39,720 bases of DNA from a virus, in IMG/VR virus record IMGVR_UViG_3300030397_000422, positions 1-39,720 of that record. One strand, 5' to 3'. This document shows positions 21,757 through 30,999 of this stretch, one piece after another. Each line of letters begins with the position of its first letter. Position 1 is the stretch's first letter. The notes beneath the pieces are model-generated. The model was not told the DNA's origin and did not search any database. It was given only the letters and a program-made list of their open reading frames with translations. The position numbers and the translations under genes were made by a program.

Positions 21757-22053
21757 ATGGCCGATGAGTGGGACTACGCAGTTATTGATGTATCTACCGC
21801 TACCACTCAATCAGTAGCGGGGGCCACAGCACCTTGTTTGCTTAACCGCATTGAGGTGCTGACTGCATTAAGTGCCCACACCGTGGATATTGCTGATGAT
21901 GGCACCAGTGTGTATCAAATTCCTGCCAGCTCAGCAGTAGGGTACGAGAAAAGGTTTGGACCTACGCGGTTTCTTACTGATCTGGAAATGCTGTGTAATG
22001 CAGCCGGAACAGGCAAAATTGCAGTAGAATTCCGACGATTAGACCAAGACTGA
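21757..22053 (+). CDS. Small hypothetical protein, paralogue B (98 aa)
   Basis: Alignable by eye to 21397..21726 (VIDVST / SAHTVDIADDGT / PASSAVG / FGPTRF / GTGKIAVEF). Confidence 0.7.
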   Translation: MADEWDYAVIDVSTATTQSVAGATAPCLLNRIEVLTALSAHTVDIADDGTSVYQIPASSAVGYEKRFGPTRFLTDLEMLCNAAGTGKIAVEFRRLDQD

Positions 22054-22063
22054 CGAGGCACCT

Positions 22064-22360
22064 GTGGAATCTATCGAAATCCCCCAAAACCCGATTATCT
22101 TTATCTGCCACTTTGCTGAGCATGACGGCAGAATGCCGGCATTCCCCTACTACCAGTGCTACTTCGATCCCAATGACCCAGATATGACCTCGCCCTCTGG
22201 CGAGTTTATTCGTTTTAGGTCAGACAGCCCCGATCCGGCCAAAAACAGCGAAATCCATGGCTGGCGCAGAATTAGTGACATTGTTATTGATGAAATCATG
22301 CGTGAGTTCAAAGAAGGCGAACTCACAGACTATGAGAAGAAACAACAAGAGGCAGCGTAA
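22064..22360 (+). CDS. Hypothetical protein (98 aa, GTG start)
   Basis: GAGG 5 nt upstream of GTG 22064. The stop overlaps the portal start (TAATG). Confidence 0.6.
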   Translation: MESIEIPQNPIIFICHFAEHDGRMPAFPYYQCYFDPNDPDMTSPSGEFIRFRSDSPDPAKNSEIHGWRRISDIVIDEIMREFKEGELTDYEKKQQEAA

Positions 22361-24528
22361 TGGCCGATTCTGACTTAACGCCCGAAGAGCAAGAAGCCAA
22401 AGAAAATGAGCTACTTGTCGAGCGCTGGAAAAAAGAAAAAAACCTGGCTGATAAGCGTGTTGAGCAGTGGTTCAAAGACGTAAAGCGAGCCCGCGATGTT
22501 TACATGAATCTGGTTTTTAAAGGCGAGGAAGGCGATGAGCGTAAAGAAACTTTCAATATTCTCTACTCCAATATCCAGACCAAAAGGCCAGTGCTGTACT
22601 CACAAACACCCCGGCCAGACATTCGCCGCCGCTGGAAGGAAAAGAACATACTGGCTGCCGCGATCTCTGAAATCCTCGAGCGTGCAAGTAGCTTTACCTT
22701 TGAATCCTCTAATTTAGATGGCGCTATGATCGCTGCAGTGAATGATTTGCTGCTGCCTGGTCGTGGCGTCACTCGCGTGAAATACATCCCCACTTTTGAG
22801 CCCGTGCCGGTGATGGAAATGGTCGAGGGTGAGCCTATGCAGAATGCAGATGGCACCCAGGTCATTGATGATTACGGTAATGCGATGTTCGAAATGATCG
22901 AGCAGCAAGCCATTGACGAAGAGACCGGCGAGCCAATGACTGAGGATGAGCTGCGCTTTGAGGAAGTCGATTACGAGCAGTGGCAGTACGATCGCTTGCG
23001 ATTTGGCCCGACTAACGACTGGAAATCACTACCCTGGTTACTGTTTATCCACTATCCGACCAAGGAAGAGGCCCGCGAGAAGTGGCCTGATCATGTCGAT
23101 GATATGAAATTCACCAAAGACGGTGAAAAGCAGGATGCCCAGAACAACAACACCAACAAGAAGTCAGAGAACGAAAAAGCCTCTGATGATCAGCTGGCCA
23201 AGACTGCTGAGGTCTGGGAGATTTTTATCAAGGATTCCCGCCAGGTGCTGTGGATTAGCCCTGACATCGATGCTGAGCCATTGGATTTCTACGACGATCC
23301 GCTGAAATTCGAGCACTTCTGGCCAATTCCTAAGCCGCTGGATGCGATCGAAAACAGCACCAGCTTCACCCCAGTGACTGAATTCTCCATGTACGAAACT
23401 CTCGCTATGGAGCTGGAAGAAGCCACTAACCGGGTGCGCAAGATTCTGAAGGGCATTCGCGTGCGCGGTGCCTACGATGGCCGACTGTCTGAGCTTGAAA
23501 AGATACTCGAGGAAGACGATAACGGCCTGGTACCGCTGGAAAATGCCGAAGTGATCATTGAGAAGGGGCTCGAGGCGGGCATATGGATGTTGCCGCTCGG
23601 GACTACTCGAGAAGTGCTCCGCGAGCTCAGGGAATTCCGTGCTGGCTTGATTCAGCAAATCTACGAGATAACCGGTATCTCTGACATATTCCGTGGCACG
23701 TCCAATCCCCATGAGACGGCCAAGGCGCAGTCAATCAAGGCCAATTTCGGTAAGGGCCGCATGGAAATGCAGCAGAAGGAAGTGCAGCGCTATGCGCGTG
23801 ATCTGCTCCGCATGACCTGTGAAGTCGTGTCTGATTTCGAAGTCGAGACTCTGGAGTTGATGACTGGGCTTAACTTCCCAACCGCTGAAGAGAAGCAGTT
23901 TGCGATCGAATCACTGAATGCCCAGGCTGCGATGGTGCCCCAGGATCCGAACATGCCCCCACCAGAGCCTGACCCACAGCTGGTATCTGCTGCTGAGTCA
24001 CCGTCCTGGGATGAAATTCAGGAAGTGTTGCACTCCGATGTGATGCGCGAATTCCTGATCGACATCGAGACTAATAGCACCATTGAGGTAGATGAGACTG
24101 AGGACCGTGAGAACGTGCAGCAGTTGTTTACCGCAATTGTGCAATTCATGCAGGCGTCCAGAGAGTCTGGCTTCACCCCAGAGGTGAATAACGCCATTCT
24201 CGCCAGTATGCTGCGCCGGTTTAAGTTTGGCCGCGAAGTGGAAGACGCACTCGATGAAATGCTTAACAACCCACCGCCCGACCCTGGTGCTGCAGCCGCT
24301 GAGGCTGATGCCGAAATGAAGGCAATGGATAAGGAAATTAAACAGCTGCAACTCGAAGAGCAGCGCGAGAAGACAAGAACGGCATCCGTGCAGGCCGAGG
24401 CTGATTCGGAAAAAGCTGCGGCAGAACGAGCTCAAACAGCGATGGACATGGAGTTTGCAACAAGGCAACATAACCAGCGCATGACAGAACTAGGAGCTGA
24501 AAGGCAAAGTGAGCAATCAGTCCAATAA
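22360..24528 (+). CDS. Portal protein (722 aa)
   Basis: Size and position downstream of terL, in a head module whose gene order parallels P22. Acidic composition. Long C-terminal helical/coiled-coil extension (AEADAEMKAMDKEIKQLQLEEQREKTR...), as in P22-type portals. Call rests on synteny and size, not a motif. Confidence 0.75.
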   Translation: MADSDLTPEEQEAKENELLVERWKKEKNLADKRVEQWFKDVKRARDVYMNLVFKGEEGDERKETFNILYSNIQTKRPVLYSQTPRPDIRRRWKEKNILAAAISEILERASSFTFESSNLDGAMIAAVNDLLLPGRGVTRVKYIPTFEPVPVMEMVEGEPMQNADGTQVIDDYGNAMFEMIEQQAIDEETGEPMTEDELRFEEVDYEQWQYDRLRFGPTNDWKSLPWLLFIHYPTKEEAREKWPDHVDDMKFTKDGEKQDAQNNNTNKKSENEKASDDQLAKTAEVWEIFIKDSRQVLWISPDIDAEPLDFYDDPLKFEHFWPIPKPLDAIENSTSFTPVTEFSMYETLAMELEEATNRVRKILKGIRVRGAYDGRLSELEKILEEDDNGLVPLENAEVIIEKGLEAGIWMLPLGTTREVLRELREFRAGLIQQIYEITGISDIFRGTSNPHETAKAQSIKANFGKGRMEMQQKEVQRYARDLLRMTCEVVSDFEVETLELMTGLNFPTAEEKQFAIESLNAQAAMVPQDPNMPPPEPDPQLVSAAESPSWDEIQEVLHSDVMREFLIDIETNSTIEVDETEDRENVQQLFTAIVQFMQASRESGFTPEVNNAILASMLRRFKFGREVEDALDEMLNNPPPDPGAAAAEADAEMKAMDKEIKQLQLEEQREKTRTASVQAEADSEKAAAERAQTAMDMEFATRQHNQRMTELGAERQSEQSVQ

Positions 24529-25012
24529 ACAAATCGCCACGGATACCAACGTGGCAGCAGCGAAAGAAGCGGCCAAACCGGTCGCTACTGTCGTTCACGA
24601 TCCCAACACCCGCTATCCCGGCCGCCTGAAATTCGACGCCAAGACCCGCGAATGGGTCTCTATCGAAGAATGGAATCGCCGCTACTATGTGCCTAAGCCA
24701 AAAGTGCCCATGGCCATTGTTAAAAACTTCCAACCCTATATTTCAATGACTTCCGGCAAAGTGATTACCAATGAGCGTGCTCGCATGAATGACATGCACG
24801 CCGCTGGAGCACGGCCCTATGAAGGCCGACATATTGAGCAGCAGGAAGCCGATCGCCACAAGCAATATGCCGAAGAGAAATTCGAGCATAATGTGGAAGA
24901 GACGTTGAACCAGACTATGCACGATATTGAGCATGGGCATTTAGTACCACGCGAAACAGAAGACCCCACTAAACCAGTACAGACAATGGATTTTTCAGAT
25001 GCCGAAGGCTAA
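24509..25012 (+). CDS. Hypothetical head-module protein (167 aa, GTG start)
   Basis: Overlaps the portal end by 20 nt. No domain recognised. Confidence 0.55.
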   Translation: MSNQSNKQIATDTNVAAAKEAAKPVATVVHDPNTRYPGRLKFDAKTREWVSIEEWNRRYYVPKPKVPMAIVKNFQPYISMTSGKVITNERARMNDMHAAGARPYEGRHIEQQEADRHKQYAEEKFEHNVEETLNQTMHDIEHGHLVPRETEDPTKPVQTMDFSDAEG

Positions 25013-26225
25013 CAAAGACGATAAACCCAAAAACGGTGCCGAAATGAACGATGCCATCGATGAATCGATGAGCGCGGCTTTCGACGCTATGGATGATGAC
25101 AATCTGGAGACAGACGATGAGAGCGAACTCGAAGCAGAGCAACAAGCAGAAAAGGGTGGCGGAACTGGCAGCGAGACTGACGAAGACTCAGGAGACGCCG
25201 GAGCCGACGAAGAAGAAAGCGACGAAGAAGAGGACTCAGAACAAGAGTCAGACGAGGAAGAAGACGCCGACGAAGAAGAAGGCGACGAAGAAGACCTCGA
25301 AGAAGAAAGCGAGCAAGAAGAAGCGCTAAACCAGGCACCAGAGACCTGGGCCCGGGATGCTGCGGCAGACTGGGACAAACTGACTCCACGCGCCAAGGAA
25401 GAGATTCTACGGCGCGAGGACAACATGAAGCAGTATTACGCGCAGAACAATCAGCGCATTCAATTTGCTGCTTCCATGGAAAAGTTAGCGGGCCCTTACA
25501 TGCCAGCCATGCACGCTGCTGGGATCACCCTGGTAGACAACATTGCTAACCTGCTAAATACCCAATACCGCATTCAAAATGGCACCCCTGCTGATATTGC
25601 GCAGATTGCGCTGGAAATCGTGCAGCAAAATGGCAATGACACTGAGACGTTACGCCAGCTGATTGGGGGCGGTACTCAGGTACAGGCAGGTGATGGCCAG
25701 GGCGGGCAGCCAGGCAATATCGATATTGCAAATCACCCACTTTTCAAGAACTTGCAGGAAAAGCTCAATCGTTTTGAGCAGGCGCAGGTTCAGCAAACTA
25801 ACGAACAGCAACAACAGCAGCGCCAGGAAGTGCAGCTGGCTGTAAGGTCCTTCAGGAACGAGCTGGGAGACGATGGTAAGCCTCTCAGACCATATTTCGA
25901 CACTGTTTACAGTGATATGGTGGCCGATATACCATTCATCAAACGCCAACACCCAGGAATTTCCTATAAGGATTTGCTGGCCAAGGCGTATGAAAGAGCA
26001 ATTTGGGCAAACCCTGAAACTCGTAAAGCGCTCCAGACTAAATCTCTAGGTAGCCAGAAACGAAAAGTCAGCTCCGAAGCCAAGAAGAAAGTTACCGCTG
26101 CGAAGAGAAAAGCCAAAGGGAATCTCAAAGCAGGGTTAAAACCATCTTCTAGCGGTGGAGACTCCAAAGGTTCAATAGACGACACCATGAACGCGACGAT
26201 GAATAAAATTCAGAATCGCGGTTAA
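24999..26225 (+). CDS. Scaffolding protein candidate (408 aa)
   Basis: Position between the portal and the major capsid gene. Long poly-acidic low-complexity N-terminal region, Q-rich helical middle and basic C-terminus. Confidence 0.6.
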   Translation: MPKANKDDKPKNGAEMNDAIDESMSAAFDAMDDDNLETDDESELEAEQQAEKGGGTGSETDEDSGDAGADEEESDEEEDSEQESDEEEDADEEEGDEEDLEEESEQEEALNQAPETWARDAAADWDKLTPRAKEEILRREDNMKQYYAQNNQRIQFAASMEKLAGPYMPAMHAAGITLVDNIANLLNTQYRIQNGTPADIAQIALEIVQQNGNDTETLRQLIGGGTQVQAGDGQGGQPGNIDIANHPLFKNLQEKLNRFEQAQVQQTNEQQQQQRQEVQLAVRSFRNELGDDGKPLRPYFDTVYSDMVADIPFIKRQHPGISYKDLLAKAYERAIWANPETRKALQTKSLGSQKRKVSSEAKKKVTAAKRKAKGNLKAGLKPSSSGGDSKGSIDDTMNATMNKIQNRG

Positions 26226-26248
26226 TTTTTTGAATCGAGGTAATTCAT

Positions 26249-27235
26249 ATGGCATCTGCCAATGCGACTTTTACGGAGCTGGTCACTACCGCATTCCGTA
26301 ACCATCGCGGTGAATTTGCCGATAACGTCACGAATCACAACGCTTTGTACCGTAATCTCTATGTGAACGGTAAGAAGCGTACTGAAGATGGCGGCCTGAC
26401 TATCGTAGAAGAGCTGGATTATGCTGAGAACAGCACCTACCAGCGCTACTCTGGTTATGACGCCCTTGATGTAAGTGCTTCTGACGTGTTGAGTGCTGCA
26501 GAGTACAACTGGAAACAAGCTGCGATCCACGTAGTAGCTTCCGGTCGTGAATTGCGCATCAACAAGGGCAAGAACCGCATCATTAACCTGGCTAAGTCTC
26601 GCTTGACTAACGCAATGCGTACTTTCGCCAATAACCTGTCTTCTGATATCTACTCAGATGGCTCCAGCGCCAATCAGATCAATGGCCTTCAGGCTATTAT
26701 TCCTGACACTGCTGGTGGCACCCTGGGCGGTATCAATGGCTCGACTTTCACTTTCTGGCAGTCTGTTGTTCAAAGTGCAGCATCCCCAATCTCTGGCGGT
26801 GCGATCACTCTGAGCTCCAGCACTTTCGAAGACCCATTCATGCTGCAGCTCTACTTAGAGTTGGTGCGGGGATCCGATGAGCCTGACTTGATAGTCATGT
26901 CCAATGACTACTACACCTTCTTTGAAGGTTCCCAGCTCAGCAATAAGCGCTACACGGCCGATACTAATCGCAGCCCGAATAACGCTAATGCTGGCTTTGT
27001 GACACTCAAGTACAAAAACGCTGATGTTGTGTTTGACGGTGGTTCCGGCATTCCTTCAGCGCATATGTATATGCTCAACACTAACTATTTGAGCATTGTC
27101 TGCCATGAAGACGCAGACATGAGTGAGGTGGATGAGCAGCGTGCAGTCAACCAAGACGCTGTGGTGATTCCGATCATTTGGATGGGCAATATCTGTTGCT
27201 CAAACCGATTCCTGCAAGGCGTCGGTAAGGCTTAA
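26249..27235 (+). CDS. Major capsid protein (328 aa)
   Basis: GAGGTAA SD. Position after the scaffold gene and size typical of HK97-fold capsid proteins. The gene block is closed by a strong terminator (27718..27750). Confidence 0.8.
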   Translation: MASANATFTELVTTAFRNHRGEFADNVTNHNALYRNLYVNGKKRTEDGGLTIVEELDYAENSTYQRYSGYDALDVSASDVLSAAEYNWKQAAIHVVASGRELRINKGKNRIINLAKSRLTNAMRTFANNLSSDIYSDGSSANQINGLQAIIPDTAGGTLGGINGSTFTFWQSVVQSAASPISGGAITLSSSTFEDPFMLQLYLELVRGSDEPDLIVMSNDYYTFFEGSQLSNKRYTADTNRSPNNANAGFVTLKYKNADVVFDGGSGIPSAHMYMLNTNYLSIVCHEDADMSEVDEQRAVNQDAVVIPIIWMGNICCSNRFLQGVGKA

Positions 27236-27246
27236 GGGGGTATAAC

Positions 27247-27702
27247 ATGACTTTACTCGTTGGAGCCGATATCGATCGCGTCACGACTGAACAAGAGTTC
27301 ACTCTTGGTGCGATCTTCGAGAAAAATGACGGCAAAGTGTACAAATACGTCCAGTATTCGGAGCAGGCAGCTGCTGTGGATGGTGTGGCAGGCGAAGTGT
27401 GCTACTACGTGGCAGACTCCGGTTACCTGGCTAACCAAGTCACTAGCGACCTTTCTGCTTCTGATGAGGTGGGCGCAGGCGTACTACAGGCCGTAATGAG
27501 CGATAATGAATATGGCTGGATTCAGATTGAGGGTACAGCCACCCTAACTATCGCTTTAACAGCTGGATCAGATGGCGATCCCTTGACGCCAACTGGCTCA
27601 GCCGATGGAACTCTGGATGTTTCCGCAGCTGTAACTGATAACGTGTGCGCTACCGCAGGCGATATCTCAGCGCAGGAAATCATCTGCCAGTTCACTCGGT
27701 AA
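27247..27702 (+). CDS. Capsid decoration/cement protein candidate (DUF2190-like pattern, 151 aa)
   Basis: Immediately after the major capsid gene. G/A/V/T-rich beta-type sequence (VGAGVLQAVMSDNEYGWIQIEGTATLTIALTAGSDGDPLTP) resembles the cement proteins that follow the capsid gene in epsilon15/BPP-1-type phages. Confidence 0.45.
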   Translation: MTLLVGADIDRVTTEQEFTLGAIFEKNDGKVYKYVQYSEQAAAVDGVAGEVCYYVADSGYLANQVTSDLSASDEVGAGVLQAVMSDNEYGWIQIEGTATLTIALTAGSDGDPLTPTGSADGTLDVSAAVTDNVCATAGDISAQEIICQFTR

Positions 27703-27717
27703 ACCTGGGAAGGAAAC

Positions 27718-27750
27718 AAAACGGGGCCTCTGCGAGGGGCCTCGTTTTTT
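27718..27750 (+). terminator. Rho-independent terminator after the capsid genes
   Basis: AAAACGGGGCCTC-tgc-GAGG(gg)CCTCGTTTT: a GC-rich stem with a 2-nt bulge, followed by TTTTTT ending at 27750. Confidence 0.75.
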
Positions 27751-27779
27751 CAATTACTAAGACAGAATAGGAAATCGAC

Positions 27780-28712
27780 ATGGCCCAAGGCGGATCACTT
27801 ACCAAAGCTGAAGAGCGGCACTTTATCGAGAAGTATGGCGAGGCACCTGAAGACAGGATGCCTTTTTTGCTATTTAAGAATGAAGGCGTGCTCGACCGGC
27901 ACCAGACCAATCTTACTGGCCAGAACCAGTACCGCAATGCGGTGATTGTGGAAATCATGGCCCATGGTGACACGAAAACAATCGTGCCCCAGGTGGTAGT
28001 TGGCTGGACGGTAGAAACCCGCTTGGTCAAGACTGAGAAGGATATCCCTATCACTATCTCAGTACAGCGCGAAGACGAACACGGCAAAATCTATTTTGAG
28101 GATGAGTCCCGAGTAGAGCGCCGGGTGGTTGAAGAGCCCCAGTTCATCTATACAGAAACTTTCCCTTGGTTCGAAAAACTGCGCGAGCGCTTGAAAAATG
28201 GCCAGATATCGAAAAACTACTACGATAGCTGCGTGCGAGCGTATGACCAGTGGAAGGAAACTAACGAAATTCCTGTTGATGGTGTGCCTTTGATCGAATG
28301 GCGCATGATCGATGAAGCCCTGAAAAAGAAATTCATTGAAATGGGCATTAACACTGTTGAGCGCCTGGCTGAGGCCACAGAAGAAGCGCTCGAGCAGGCT
28401 GGCATGGGTTCACGTGACGCCAAGAAGAAGGCTGAGACGTACCTGCGCACTAACAACGATGCTTCTCAGGCTGCTGCCATGGTCACCCAGATGGAGAACG
28501 AGCTGGAGACCAAGACTGCTGAATTTGAAGCCACTATGTCTGACTACGAGAAGAAACTGGCAGAGTTGGAGGCCCAGGTACAAGCCCAGGCCCAGACAAT
28601 CCAGACTCAAAAAGAAGCGGCTGATGCCAAATCGACTGACAAGAAGTCTACTGCCAAAAAGTCACAGACTAAGAAGAAAACCGACAAAAGCGAGAATGCT
28701 GAGGTGACCTAA
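27780..28712 (+). CDS. Virion-module protein with HhH-like segment, coiled coil and Lys-rich tail (310 aa)
   Basis: GINTVERLAEATEEALEQAGMGSRDAKKKAETYL resembles a (HhH)2 unit. The C-terminus has the ELEAQVQAQAQTIQTQ coiled coil, then KSTDKKSTAKKSQTKKKTDK. Confidence 0.6.
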   Translation: MAQGGSLTKAEERHFIEKYGEAPEDRMPFLLFKNEGVLDRHQTNLTGQNQYRNAVIVEIMAHGDTKTIVPQVVVGWTVETRLVKTEKDIPITISVQREDEHGKIYFEDESRVERRVVEEPQFIYTETFPWFEKLRERLKNGQISKNYYDSCVRAYDQWKETNEIPVDGVPLIEWRMIDEALKKKFIEMGINTVERLAEATEEALEQAGMGSRDAKKKAETYLRTNNDASQAAAMVTQMENELETKTAEFEATMSDYEKKLAELEAQVQAQAQTIQTQKEAADAKSTDKKSTAKKSQTKKKTDKSENAEVT

Positions 28713-29431
28713 TGTCTCTACTGACCATGATCCAGAGGGTGGCCCCCGCCTTCGGATTGCCTAAACCCAATCAAGTGGTAGGTAATACCGATGGCAACAT
28801 AATCCAGCTTCTGGAGATTGCTCAGGAAGAAGGCGAGGATTTGTCACAGCGGCTCCCATGGACCGCACTGCTCAAACAGAGCCTCAATAATCTCATTGCT
28901 ACTGCCTCCCAGGGCGATATCAACGGTACCTACATCACTGATGAGGACTTTGATTACATTCTGTCTGACAGCTTCTGGGACCGCACAACTTCACTTCCAA
29001 TACCTGGCCCGTTGAGCCCTGAAGCCTGGCAGCAATTGCAGGCTTTTCCGCTTACTGGGCCCTATTTCCAATTTCGTATTCAGGGCGGTGAGCTGCTGAT
29101 AGACCCGGCGCCTGGAACCTCTCTCGATCAAGTGGCATTCGAATATAAAACCAGCCGCTGGTGTGAGACGGATTCAGGTACCGGGTTAGAGCTCTGGACC
29201 TCTGATACAGACGTGGGCCGACTCCCTGAAAAGATAATGATTCAGGGCATTAAATGGCGCTGGCTCGAGCGAAAGGGCCTGGAATACGCCCAAATGTTCG
29301 ATATCTATGAGCGCCAGGTGGCCAATTTTGGATTACGAGACGGAGGAAAACCGAGGCTTAGACTGGATGGGGTGCGCAATCGTCGTGTGCCTGGTGTCTG
29401 GGTGCCTCAAACTTTCAGTAATTTGTCGTGA
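28712..29431 (+). CDS. Head-tail adaptor / tail tubular A-type candidate (239 aa)
   Basis: TAATG coupling. Position and size match podovirus adaptor/gatekeeper proteins. No explicit motif. Confidence 0.45.
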   Translation: MSLLTMIQRVAPAFGLPKPNQVVGNTDGNIIQLLEIAQEEGEDLSQRLPWTALLKQSLNNLIATASQGDINGTYITDEDFDYILSDSFWDRTTSLPIPGPLSPEAWQQLQAFPLTGPYFQFRIQGGELLIDPAPGTSLDQVAFEYKTSRWCETDSGTGLELWTSDTDVGRLPEKIMIQGIKWRWLERKGLEYAQMFDIYERQVANFGLRDGGKPRLRLDGVRNRRVPGVWVPQTFSNLS

Positions 29432-30999
29432 GAAGTATAGCGGGCAATAGATCAGGTCGATCGGTAGCATTTCGCAAAGCCCAGCCGGGCCGCCAAAACT
29501 CCCAATCCTACAGCTTTCCAGCACCTGTTGGCGGGCTGAATTTGCGTGATTCTGCGGCAAACATGCCGGAAACAGACGCTACAATCATGGATAACTGGTT
29601 CCCTGAGACCAATGACGTGAGGGTCAGAAAAGGTCCTGCCAATCACGTGACTGGTTTTACTGGCCAGGTCGAATCCCTGCTGCCGTACAACAACCCAGAT
29701 GGCACACATACCCTATTTGCAGCGGCTAACAATGCGATTTATGACGCTACCACGGCCGGTGCTGTGGGATCCGCAGTAGTCTCTGGATTGACCAATAACC
29801 GCTGGCAGAGCGTGAATTTCACCAATTCCAGCGAGGTCAGCTACCTATTTGCCTGTAATGGCGCAGATGATGTGCAGCTATGGGATGGCTCTACATGGAG
29901 TAATCCGACCTTAACCGGCATCACTAACACTGAAGTGGTTAATGTGAGCGTGTTCAAGCGCCGATTATGGCTTACTCGAGTCAATTCCCTGAATGCGTAC
30001 TATCTGCCTGTCGATGCGATCGGCGGTGAAGTGCGCTCTGTACCCTTGGGCGGTATTGCCAAGAAGGGCGGCTTTTTGATGGCCACTGACACGTGGACTA
30101 TCGATGCTGGTGAGGGTGCAGATGATTACTGGGTGGGCATCACCTCTGAGGGTGAGGTCATTGTTTATCGCGGCACCGATCCGATTTCCTCTGCTACCTG
30201 GAAATTACATGGAGTGTGGAATATTGGCGCTCCGATCGGCCGCCGCTGTTTTCTTAAGCGTGATGGCGATTTACTGATTTTGACTGTTGGCGGCATTATC
30301 CCGCTTTCAAAATTGGTTGTGAGTGGTCAAACCGACCCGAATATCGCTATTACCAACAAGATCGAGAAGGGGGTGGGTGACGCGGCTCGGATTAATAGGG
30401 CAAATTTTGGTTGGTCGATGTTGTTTCACCCCTCGATCGATATGATTCTGCTGAATATCCCGGCCACTGACGGCACGTTCCAATTCGCCATGAATACGAT
30501 TACTGGCAACTGGGGCAAATTTAAGGGCCTGGCGGCCAATTGTTGGGCCCTGGTGGATGATATTGCCTACTACGGCGGTAACACCGTGGTGGCCACTTTC
30601 TGGGAAGAATTCGACGATTTCGGCGCAAACATTGAAACTGATCTGAAGCAGGCCGAAAACTACTTCGGCAGTCGCGGCAGGCTCAAATACTTCAAAGGTG
30701 TGCGGCCTATCGTGCTCAGTGATGGTGCTCCCGAGGTGGGAGTGCGCATCAACCCTGATTTCCAAGACGTACCAGTGACAGAAAGCCTCTCCTTCGTCCC
30801 GCTTGATGTGGGATTCTGGGACTCTGGCTTATGGGATTCCGCGCTATGGGGCGGCAATCTGTTTGTGAATAAGGAATGGCGCACCGCATCTGAGGTGGCT
30901 ACTTCCGGTGGTTTAAGAATGAAAACGGTCAGTGCTGGTATCGAGGTTAGATTCCAGTCCAGTGACCATCTTTTCGAATATGGTGGAGTAATAGCGTAA
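29428..30999 (+). CDS. Tail nozzle / tubular B-type beta-propeller candidate (523 aa, GTG start)
   Basis: GTGA overlap. Repetitive beta-strand-rich sequence with recurring W/G-D motifs. Assigned by synteny after the adaptor candidate. Confidence 0.45.
   Translation: MRSIAGNRSGRSVAFRKAQPGRQNSQSYSFPAPVGGLNLRDSAANMPETDATIMDNWFPETNDVRVRKGPANHVTGFTGQVESLLPYNNPDGTHTLFAAANNAIYDATTAGAVGSAVVSGLTNNRWQSVNFTNSSEVSYLFACNGADDVQLWDGSTWSNPTLTGITNTEVVNVSVFKRRLWLTRVNSLNAYYLPVDAIGGEVRSVPLGGIAKKGGFLMATDTWTIDAGEGADDYWVGITSEGEVIVYRGTDPISSATWKLHGVWNIGAPIGRRCFLKRDGDLLILTVGGIIPLSKLVVSGQTDPNIAITNKIEKGVGDAARINRANFGWSMLFHPSIDMILLNIPATDGTFQFAMNTITGNWGKFKGLAANCWALVDDIAYYGGNTVVATFWEEFDDFGANIETDLKQAENYFGSRGRLKYFKGVRPIVLSDGAPEVGVRINPDFQDVPVTESLSFVPLDVGFWDSGLWDSALWGGNLFVNKEWRTASEVATSGGLRMKTVSAGIEVRFQSSDHLFEYGGVIA

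Noticed and set aside
23164-23712. 182-aa minus-strand ORF inside the portal gene; similar long antisense ORFs in the nozzle candidate (30307..30765) and tail fibre (36354..36797, 37185..37718)
   Set aside because: All lie antisense within long, well-supported plus-strand genes of a tightly coupled operon. None has an SD or motifs.
24995-25426. Ser-rich and Arg/Leu-rich ORFs (24995..25426 -, 25087..25389 -, 25093..25329 +) in the scaffold gene
   Set aside because: They are artefacts of the GAA/GAC-rich poly-acidic coding tract. They are low-complexity translations in non-coding frames.
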